Source: an uncultured virus (IMG/VR IMGVR_UViG_3300025280_000029) (taxonomy: Duplodnaviria; Heunggongvirae; Uroviricota; Caudoviricetes). From it: a DNA stretch of 64,000 nucleotides. Position numbers and translations under genes: made by a program. The notes beneath the pieces are model-generated. The model made no database searches and was not told where the DNA came from. It was given only the letters and a program-made list of their open reading frames with translations. This document shows positions 57,410-64,000 of this stretch, one piece after another. The stretch lies in IMG/VR virus record IMGVR_UViG_3300025280_000029; one strand, given 5' to 3'. Position 1 is the stretch's first letter, and each line of letters starts with the position of its first letter.

Positions 57410-59706
57410 GCTTTCATAATAAATGGAGAGAATTTAAAAAGCAGGGTCCCCTGCTTTTAGAGATAGACGAGACGGAAGTTGACCACATTGCAGACTTCTT
57501 GTCCGGTATGAAATCAGACGATCTTCCATTCAAACATTTGTTTGGTGATCGCATGCGCCTCCGCCTTCCATTTAGGAGATCGCCAAAGGATGCGAAGCTA
57601 TCTGAGTGGGAAGGCTCTTTGCGGAACACATCGTGGGTGGTTGACTGGAAGTCTGGAACAATCTCTAGAGATGTGAAGAGTGCAAGAAATCAGCAAACAA
57701 GAACTGAAAAGATGAAAATTGGCAAGTGGCTAATGAAGTACATAAGGCTTCGGGGAAAATATCAGTTTTCCAGAAGAGATCAGGAATTCGGCATCGCTAA
57801 CGATATATTAGCTATTATAGAACCGGAGGGTGAATTCGGTGATCGTGGCGCCCCCTCCGCGGACGCAGAAGAGGCTAAGAAAAAGCTAGCTAGCTTTGTT
57901 TCTTTCGATTGGGCCAGAGACCACACAGAGGAATACGCAAAGAAGATTTTAAGTGTTTATCAAAAGACTCGCGGCGAGATGCTTAACATGTCTATCGTTG
58001 TGACTCGTCATCCCATCGACGTTTTACGAATGGCCGACTTTGAACACATTCAGTCTTGCCATTCACCCCCCTCTCGCGGCGGCGGCGGTTTCTCCTCATA
58101 CTATCAGTGCGCAGTCGCGGAAGCTCATGGTCATGGCGCTGTTGCCTATATTGTCAATGACGACCAGTTACAAGAGCTTGTAGGTCCGGACGAGGACGTA
58201 AGTGCCCTGGACGATCAAGAATTATTTAGCGACGATGCGCGCGATGTTGAGGGTATTGTGCCGCTCGCGCGCGTCCGAGTGAGAAGGATTGTTTTCAAGA
58301 CATCTCAGGATGGTCCCCAGGTCGATTTGGCTGTACCGGAAGAGAGAATCTACGGCCCCGATCTCGACGGTTTTCATTCAACTGTGGTCAAGTGGCTGCA
58401 CACCGCTCAGGAGGGTAGAGAGAAACTATTTCCGAGAAATTCTGAAGGTCAAATTAATCTAGGTCAGTTTAGCATAGTGGGCGGCACCCAGCAGGACACT
58501 AGTGCGAATGATATGTTTCAAACCTTGTATCCAGAGGCCGGACACAGCCACAGAGCCGGATCGAAATACTATGGAGCCATTGGAACCAACTATAAACTAG
58601 AAGATGAAATCCTAGCAGGCTTGGGCATCGGAACTGCAGCCTTCGAAGCTGAGTTGAAAGATATTGCAATTGTGTGGGACGAGCAAAATTACAATGTACT
58701 TCCGTCCAACTACGAAGATCTAGATCTTAACGATATTTTGCGCAAAATAATCCCTACGATAGAAGTCGAAGTGGGTGTCAACGCCGAGGATGGAACGACC
58801 TGGGCTTCTCTGGCCGCCAGTCAAAAGTTCAGCATTCCCGTGTCTGAATTCAAAGGCCGCGCGACCGCCGGTAGATTATACAATGATCTGGATCATATAA
58901 AAGATGAATTCAACGATATGGGAGTGGATTGGATTGACAGCATTACGGTTGGCCCCCAACGCCGGCACGACGGAGAAGATATGAATAACATTTATATAAA
59001 CTTTAAGATGGGGTCTGAGAGGGTTTCCTACTACCCCTACATCCACGACCCCACGGAACTAGAGAGGGTTTTAGACAACTTGGCAAAATTCCACTCAGAT
59101 CGCGAAGGCTGGAAGTCAGAGCTTGAAATGATGCTCAAGCGGTACGATCTGCTAGAGGGCGCCGAACTTTATCAACTAGCCCAGGAGGTTGATAATGCAA
59201 CCTTTGATGAAAACGGGTGGGACACCGAGGTGGACGATCCGTATAATCCCACAGAGTTGACAGCTGATATATGGGGCATAGAAGTTCGCAAAGACGCTGC
59301 CGGCCCCCAGACAGATCGGATACTTTCCTCGCGCGATTTTAAAATTGCTTTAAAGAAAGCTATAGTCTTATCCGCTACACAGAAAGCTTCAGTTGGCGAC
59401 ATTCAATATCCGCCTTACAGCTTCAGCGCAACACACATAAAAGAAAAGACGTACCAATACAGACTTCATTTTGGAGTCACGGACGATTCTTCGGATGCGC
59501 AGGTGGCTGTCCTAACCGCCGTGCTAAAACATTTAGATGCAGATGATATACAATTAATTGTCGACAGGACTTTATCAGACATAGTTAATACCGATTCCGA
59601 CACTGCTCAGAAAAGGTTGAAGGCCATGACCCAAGACTCTGCAAAAGAGCCAGCTTCGGAAACATCAAAATTGTTCGAAGGCTGGAGAAGGTATGTTAAA
59701 AAATAG
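57406..59706 (+). CDS. Large late protein (paralogue of 48104-51376)
   Basis: MSFHNKWREF leader; RHPIDVLRMAD...SCH...CAVAEAHGHG; C-terminal LFEGWRRY; ACTAATTA box at 57199. Confidence 0.8.
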   Translation: MSFHNKWREFKKQGPLLLEIDETEVDHIADFLSGMKSDDLPFKHLFGDRMRLRLPFRRSPKDAKLSEWEGSLRNTSWVVDWKSGTISRDVKSARNQQTRTEKMKIGKWLMKYIRLRGKYQFSRRDQEFGIANDILAIIEPEGEFGDRGAPSADAEEAKKKLASFVSFDWARDHTEEYAKKILSVYQKTRGEMLNMSIVVTRHPIDVLRMADFEHIQSCHSPPSRGGGGFSSYYQCAVAEAHGHGAVAYIVNDDQLQELVGPDEDVSALDDQELFSDDARDVEGIVPLARVRVRRIVFKTSQDGPQVDLAVPEERIYGPDLDGFHSTVVKWLHTAQEGREKLFPRNSEGQINLGQFSIVGGTQQDTSANDMFQTLYPEAGHSHRAGSKYYGAIGTNYKLEDEILAGLGIGTAAFEAELKDIAIVWDEQNYNVLPSNYEDLDLNDILRKIIPTIEVEVGVNAEDGTTWASLAASQKFSIPVSEFKGRATAGRLYNDLDHIKDEFNDMGVDWIDSITVGPQRRHDGEDMNNIYINFKMGSERVSYYPYIHDPTELERVLDNLAKFHSDREGWKSELEMMLKRYDLLEGAELYQLAQEVDNATFDENGWDTEVDDPYNPTELTADIWGIEVRKDAAGPQTDRILSSRDFKIALKKAIVLSATQKASVGDIQYPPYSFSATHIKEKTYQYRLHFGVTDDSSDAQVAVLTAVLKHLDADDIQLIVDRTLSDIVNTDSDTAQKRLKAMTQDSAKEPASETSKLFEGWRRYVKK

Positions 59707-59736
59707 TCAGGTTGTATGCCCAAATTGTAAGATGCC

Positions 59737-59765
59737 TTTACAGGACACTGAAGACTGTATATACT
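59737..59765 (+). promoter_or_regulatory. sigma70 promoter
   Basis: TTTACA-N17-TATACT before an AGGAG RBS. Confidence 0.6.
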
Positions 59766-59786
59766 GTGATTACAAGGAGAAAAAGG

Positions 59787-60587
59787 GTGATAAATAAGAT
59801 CTTAGATTGGTTTAGGGGTACTCCCCACCCGGCTACCGCTATTTTATCTGACGATCCGTCTGCGAATTATATCGTATTTTTAGATATGGACGGGGTTTTA
59901 GTTGATATGACTAAATTGACGGTAAAAATTATAAACGAAAATCTAGCCATGCTTAGAGATGGCACACCAGTCGAGGAAATACACCCCAGACCCTCAGAGC
60001 CAACATACAAGAGAACGTCTAGCCTTTATTTGAATGCTAGAAAGCAATTAGAGAAGCTAGCCGCACTCATGGAGGAAGCCGGCGAAGAAACCATCACATA
60101 CGCGAGGTTTGAACACTTAACGTTCCTGAAAGACACCGACGCACTTCGAAGCGGTTTGGAGCTTCAAGTGGGTGAATATTTCTTGTCCATGGCCACTGGC
60201 AACAGGGACTTTTGGATGAACATGGAGGCTCTACCCAATGCTCAAAAATTAGTAGACATGGGGAATCTAGTCTCCGACGCCTCCGGTGGAGTTAGAATTC
60301 TATCCGCGCCGCTGGACAATATAGTTGTTAAAGCGAAGAGAGACTGGGTAAAGGAAAACCTGAAAAACGTACAACCAGAGAATGTTTTCATCGAGAGAGA
60401 CAAAGGTAAGTTCTTATCAGACTACGAGATGCCTGCGGGAACAGTTCCAATACTTATCGATGATCGGGAAAAGTACAGGAGTGCTTTTGAGTCATCCGGC
60501 GGAAAAACGATTCCGTACAATCCGCAAAAAGTTCGCAAATCATTTAAACTAGCCAAGTCCATTCTAAAGAAAATTATCAGCCGCTAG
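59787..60587 (+). CDS. HAD-family 5'(3')-deoxyribonucleotidase-like protein
   Basis: FLDMDGVLVD, ILSAP, AKRDW and ILIDDR. Confidence 0.75.
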   Translation: MINKILDWFRGTPHPATAILSDDPSANYIVFLDMDGVLVDMTKLTVKIINENLAMLRDGTPVEEIHPRPSEPTYKRTSSLYLNARKQLEKLAALMEEAGEETITYARFEHLTFLKDTDALRSGLELQVGEYFLSMATGNRDFWMNMEALPNAQKLVDMGNLVSDASGGVRILSAPLDNIVVKAKRDWVKENLKNVQPENVFIERDKGKFLSDYEMPAGTVPILIDDREKYRSAFESSGGKTIPYNPQKVRKSFKLAKSILKKIISR

Positions 60588-60616
60588 ACATTAAATATAT
60601 CTAATTGAGGGGGCAT

Positions 60617-60862
60617 ATGCTACAAAAACAAATGAAGTTTTGTGTTGGCGATTTGGTGAGGTTCGCCGGATGGTCCGATCCTGTCAACGTACTGGACGAT
60701 CATAAGATGGATCCGGGTACCCTTGGCATAGTCATACAAGTTACGCCACCCGTTGAGGGGGAGGGGTATCTTATGGTGGAAGAATATCTCGTTTGTTGGC
60801 CCCGCGACAGCGCGTTCTGGATGTATGAAAACGAAATGGAATTAGTTAACGGTGTCAGATAG
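60617..60862 (+). CDS. SH3-like GDLV-motif mini-protein 1
   Basis: FCVGDLVRF...LGIVI...YLVCW...MELV. Confidence 0.7.
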   Translation: MLQKQMKFCVGDLVRFAGWSDPVNVLDDHKMDPGTLGIVIQVTPPVEGEGYLMVEEYLVCWPRDSAFWMYENEMELVNGVR

Positions 60863-61055
60863 AAACATTGAGGTGGGCGATCTAGTGTGCCTGTCGCAAC
60901 TTGAGCTTTCATTTTCTGAACAACCGACCGACCGTGGTCTAGTCATTGACATCGACAATGGTTTCTATTTGGTACATTGGTCGATTGGCCCCCCTACTCG
61001 GTCTTGGCAAACCATCGAGGAAATAATCAAATTAAATCAATATTGTCTTGATTAA
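60852..61055 (+). CDS. SH3-like GDLV-motif mini-protein 2
   Basis: IEVGDLVCL...GLVI...YLVHW...IIKL. Confidence 0.7.
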   Translation: MSDRNIEVGDLVCLSQLELSFSEQPTDRGLVIDIDNGFYLVHWSIGPPTRSWQTIEEIIKLNQYCLD

Positions 61056-61076
61056 TTCTGCGTTTCTAGTTATAAT
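61048..61076 (+). promoter_or_regulatory. sigma70 promoter within the mini-protein array
   Basis: TTGATT-N17-TATAAT. Confidence 0.5.
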
Positions 61077-61077
61077 A

Positions 61078-61317
61078 ATGGTAAAGAAGAGTAGTAAAAG
61101 TAGATATAACATAGGAGATCTGATAACAATATCAGAGGAATTAAGATCAATAACATCAGATTCCGAACCCCCCTTACTTGGGATAGTTTTTGGTGTTAGA
61201 GAATCCGGCAATTTTGATATGCATGAGTATCAAATTCTTTGGCAGGACCCCGGGGAGAATATGTCGAGCGAGGAACAGTGGTATCCAGAAATGTTTTTAC
61301 AAGGTGTTAAGAAATGA
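61078..61317 (+). CDS. SH3-like GDLV-motif mini-protein 3
   Basis: YNIGDLITI...LGIVF...YQILW...WY.E..L. Confidence 0.7.
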   Translation: MVKKSSKSRYNIGDLITISEELRSITSDSEPPLLGIVFGVRESGNFDMHEYQILWQDPGENMSSEEQWYPEMFLQGVKK

Positions 61318-61514
61318 AGAATAGAGAATTTAATTTAGGTGATCTGGTTAAACACGAGCTGAGTGGTTTGGGGATTATCATGGATAGGGCATATGTCGAG
61401 ACAACTGGCGGCGCGCGCTATGCCTATGGCTGGAGAGTATCTTTTCTAAATGGAGAAAACTTTAACGCGTCCAACGACTCGCTGATTCTCATGAACGAGA
61501 AAAAGAAAAAGTGA
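61314..61514 (+). CDS. SH3-like GDLV-motif mini-protein 4
   Basis: FNLGDLVKH...LGIIM...WRVSF...LILM. Confidence 0.7.
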   Translation: MKNREFNLGDLVKHELSGLGIIMDRAYVETTGGARYAYGWRVSFLNGENFNASNDSLILMNEKKKK

Positions 61515-61729
61515 TAGAAATTGGCGATCTTATCGCCTGGACTACCAACGCTAGCGACTCCGAACAGGTGGGTATCGTTATATCCGATATCACCCTCGAC
61601 CGCAACGCCGTCCGAGTGCGCTGGCTTAGGCCCTATGAGTGCAATGGTGATATCATCTGGGAAGACGAAGTGTGGACCTACAGATGTCGTATGCTCTCTA
61701 GATCTAGGCCGGCCAAAGCTTCAAGCTAA
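61511..61729 (+). CDS. SH3-like GDLV-motif mini-protein 5
   Basis: IEIGDLIAW...VGIVI...VRVRW. Confidence 0.7.
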   Translation: MIEIGDLIAWTTNASDSEQVGIVISDITLDRNAVRVRWLRPYECNGDIIWEDEVWTYRCRMLSRSRPAKASS

Positions 61730-61741
61730 ACAGTATATGGT

Positions 61742-61975
61742 ATGCCGTCCCTTCCGAAACTAAAAGCAGGAGATCTTGTAACGCACGTAAGTCAAACGTG
61801 GGTCCTGGGCACGGTCATCATGACAGCCATTACAATTGCCGGCCACTCTGTTTGCGAGGTCGTCGTCATAAGAGACAGACTAGATCCAGAAAATGTAGGA
61901 AAGGTTAAGTACCTTAATCGATGTTATTGGACCCTTGTTGAAGACTCAAAAAAAAATAAAACAAACCTTGACTAA
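61742..61975 (+). CDS. SH3-like GDLV-motif mini-protein 6
   Basis: LKAGDLVTH...LGTVI...CEVVV...WTLV. Confidence 0.7.
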   Translation: MPSLPKLKAGDLVTHVSQTWVLGTVIMTAITIAGHSVCEVVVIRDRLDPENVGKVKYLNRCYWTLVEDSKKNKTNLD

Positions 61976-61996
61976 TATAGATACACGTGCTAATGT
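61968..61996 (+). promoter_or_regulatory. sigma70 promoter
   Basis: TTGACT-N17-TAATGT with TGn extension. Confidence 0.55.
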
Positions 61997-62046
61997 AGAG
62001 GAGTGGTGAGTGACTTAAATACTCATCGGCCGAAAGGAGATAAATT

Positions 62047-62226
62047 ATGGAAGAGCTTGTATCTTATATTCGCGATGCACTGGAAGGCAAATGTTCCGCT
62101 CGTAGTCTCGATGACGAAGATGATTTTGAGGCAGTAATGGAAGAAATAACTCAGGCAATATTTGCTTGGGTTGATGATCATGGGGAAGCTGCGTTTGCTT
62201 ATGGTTCGCCTCGCGACGAATGGTGA
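62047..62226 (+). CDS. Small very acidic protein (59 aa)
   Basis: Manual translation MEELVSYIRDALEGKCSARSLDDEDDFEAVMEEITQAIFAWVDDHGEAAFAYGSPRDEW; AAAGGAGA RBS; below the ORF-track cut-off. Confidence 0.7.
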   Translation: MEELVSYIRDALEGKCSARSLDDEDDFEAVMEEITQAIFAWVDDHGEAAFAYGSPRDEW

Positions 62227-62233
62227 ACGAGAT

Positions 62234-62446
62234 ATGATCCGATGCAAAGTGGGCGACTTGGTAGAGTATCAAGGGCAGATAGGACTGGTCGTTGCGCACA
62301 AGCTATATGATGCGAAGCGTGACGGCTACTTAGTTAGATTTAGCAACGATTCCCATATGGGCACAGAGTTGCTTCTGCCGTCTGAAGTAAGAATTATCTA
62401 TATTGCAAAAAACATTGAAAACCCAGTTGACATGCTGAGTTTTTAA
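62234..62446 (+). CDS. SH3-like GDLV-motif mini-protein 7
   Basis: CKVGDLVEY..QIGLVV...YLVRF...VRII. Confidence 0.7.
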   Translation: MIRCKVGDLVEYQGQIGLVVAHKLYDAKRDGYLVRFSNDSHMGTELLLPSEVRIIYIAKNIENPVDMLSF

Positions 62447-62455
62447 TGATAATAT
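62427..62455 (+). promoter_or_regulatory. sigma70 promoter for the tRNA
   Basis: TTGACA-N17-TAATAT with TGn, 25 nt before the tRNA. Confidence 0.7.
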
Positions 62456-62480
62456 TAAGGCATGAGGTTTTGGTTTATGG

Positions 62481-62557
62481 GGGCTGCTGGCCTAACGGGT
62501 AAGGCAAATGGCTTTTAACCATTCGATTTCTGAGTTCGAATCTCAGGCAGCTCACCA
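62481..62557 (+). tRNA. tRNA-Lys (anticodon UUU) with encoded CCA
   Basis: Acceptor GGGCTGC/GCAGCTC+ACCA; D-arm GCCT/AGGC; anticodon arm AATGG-CTTTTAA-CCATT; T-arm CTGAG-TTCGAAT-CTCAG. Confidence 0.92.
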
Positions 62558-62637
62558 ACCAACATTCTTGTCGTTTTCCTGCGAAGTTAAAAAGGATACG
62601 ATGAGTCAGTTTATTTAGTCAAGGAAAGGAAATTATT

Positions 62638-63825
62638 ATGACTATTGAAATTACATTTAATAAAGTTAGAAACGTGCTCTTTGATCCAGAGGAGGAATAT
62701 TATGAATTCCTGGCCTTGATCGATGAAACGTTTCCAGAATTCCCAAAGGGGAGAAACCCGCGAAGTGTTAACAAGAACACTACGCTTTATAGGGCAATCA
62801 CGCACAGTCTTGAAGTTAACGAGAACTTCCACCACTATAGCCGCGGCATCCAGGGTACAGTCTCTGACGTAATGCAGTGCAGCCGTACCGGACGTTTACG
62901 CGTCTTTCTCGACCCCTCCCGTAAAGATGGCCACTTTGACGGTGGACACAATCTAGCGGCGATTGCTGACCGTAATCCGTTAATTAATGGAACTCGTTGG
63001 GTCAAGTTCAAGATCTTCACTGGAGATTTGACTGACGAGGAAATCCGCCGTCTCGCACATGCAAACAACCACTGCAAGAAGCAGCAGGCGCGCAATGAGG
63101 CCAACATCGATGGTTGTTTTGATATGTTTCATACTGCGCTAGCTGATTATGAAGATAACATTTCATACTTCGACGGTGACGAGGGCTCTTATCGCATCGA
63201 GACTATTATCTCTATGCTCATTTCGGCGACCGGCCCGTTTGCATACAAGTTCTTCACTGAATCAGATGCGCGCAAGAATTCTCACACAAAGTCTGCGCGA
63301 AGCATGTACCGTCGAGGCGTTACTTCGAAGGTTAACTATTTTGTCAAGAGATCTCAGGACTTCGCAAAACTCTGCGAGGGGAAAGATCCGATTCTTAATG
63401 AGTTTGTACAGTTGTGGGATTATATTCTCACTGACACAGAGAGACTGTACGGTGCTAGTCAGCTGCGCACAGGGTCATATCGTCGCCTCAAGATCTTTGA
63501 TTCCGAGAACAACCCACTAACTAAGACTTGCAAGGAAACTTCTTTTACTATTTCTGGTATTGAGAACTCCACCCCAATACCGTCACAGTTTGTAATGATG
63601 ATCATCAGCGCCCTGTTCCGACACGAACTCCGCGTCAGTCGATCCGGTCAGCTGACTTGGCGAGATGATCTTCAAGAGGCAAAGGAGCGCTGGGCCGACA
63701 ACGCGCTAATAACTATGAAATCTCTTTCAGATCGGTGGGCAAGCCATCTAGGTACCGGCGGAGATGTTCGAACGTTTATGGAAGATTCTGATGTCTGGGA
63801 TATGGTTTCTCAGAACCTAGCTTAA
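62638..63825 (+). CDS. AIPR-family (ParB/DGQHR-like) protein
   Basis: NPR...I..SL....F....RGI, FDGGHN, V..KIF and LAHANN...Q....AN..G.FD motif order. Confidence 0.6.
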   Translation: MTIEITFNKVRNVLFDPEEEYYEFLALIDETFPEFPKGRNPRSVNKNTTLYRAITHSLEVNENFHHYSRGIQGTVSDVMQCSRTGRLRVFLDPSRKDGHFDGGHNLAAIADRNPLINGTRWVKFKIFTGDLTDEEIRRLAHANNHCKKQQARNEANIDGCFDMFHTALADYEDNISYFDGDEGSYRIETIISMLISATGPFAYKFFTESDARKNSHTKSARSMYRRGVTSKVNYFVKRSQDFAKLCEGKDPILNEFVQLWDYILTDTERLYGASQLRTGSYRRLKIFDSENNPLTKTCKETSFTISGIENSTPIPSQFVMMIISALFRHELRVSRSGQLTWRDDLQEAKERWADNALITMKSLSDRWASHLGTGGDVRTFMEDSDVWDMVSQNLA

Positions 63826-63852
63826 CAACTTATATAAAGAAAGGATGTATTA

Positions 63853-64000
63853 ATGACTTATCGAGCACATCAAACAAGTGCTGTACTGCTTATCGCTTTT
63901 ATTGTGTTGCTAGTCGCGGCCACTACCAGTAGCGGATGCCAGTCCGAAGCCGACTGTGTTGAACCCGAATTCATTCGTATCGATGGCGAACGCCTAGGTG
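63853..64000 (+). CDS. Putative lipoprotein, 3'-truncated by the window
   Basis: MTYRAHQTSAVLLIAFIVLLVAATTSSGC signal and lipobox; AAGGA RBS. Confidence 0.5.
   Translation, partial: MTYRAHQTSAVLLIAFIVLLVAATTSSGCQSEADCVEPEFIRIDGERLG

Noticed and set aside
834..63107. Numerous minus-strand and nested ORFs in the ORF track
   Set aside because: They shadow well-supported + strand genes, lack motifs and RBSs, and fit antisense codon-bias artefacts
1..64000. Stop-codon reassignment
   Set aside because: Genes are full length in the standard code and TAA, TAG and TGA all end conserved genes; no suppressor tRNA seen
1..64000. CRISPR array, reverse transcriptase/DGR, transposase or integrase
   Set aside because: No regularly spaced repeats, RT motifs, template/variable repeat pair or recombinase motifs were seen

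Overview
A 64-kb segment of a large, T4-like (myovirus-type) dsDNA bacteriophage genome, densely coded and almost entirely on the + strand. 1-19 kb is the virion module: tail-fibre end, scaffold, gp23-like major capsid, neck and tail terminator, sheath, two tail tubes, tail-assembly chaperone with a likely frameshift, tape measure and baseplate. 19-40 kb holds replication, repair and nucleotide metabolism genes: minimal family-A polymerase, tubulin/FtsZ-like protein, gp32-like SSB, RecA, deaminase, pyrimidine-dimer glycosylase, 5'-3' exonuclease, DnaB, class II RNR, GroES, DnaE, PurA disrupted and re-supplied by an HNH endonuclease, ClpP, Dam and GuaB. 40-64 kb is accessory: GroEL, Hsp20, a second ClpP, lipoproteins, eukaryote-type PMM, NTase plus Nudix, two large paralogous proteins, an array of SH3-like 'GDLV' mini-proteins, tRNA-Lys(UUU) and an AIPR-like gene. 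Two promoter classes are visible: sigma70 TTGACA/TATAAT, several of them embedded in terminator hairpins, and a late-type ACTAnTTA box. The most notable inferred features are (i) late-expressed proteins sharing short terminal peptides that look like a capsid-cargo addressing code, (ii) a gene-32-type pseudoknot before the SSB gene, (iii) a homing endonuclease carrying a replacement purA 5' end, and (iv) the SH3-like mini-protein array. All assignments come from motif recognition by eye; no searches were run.
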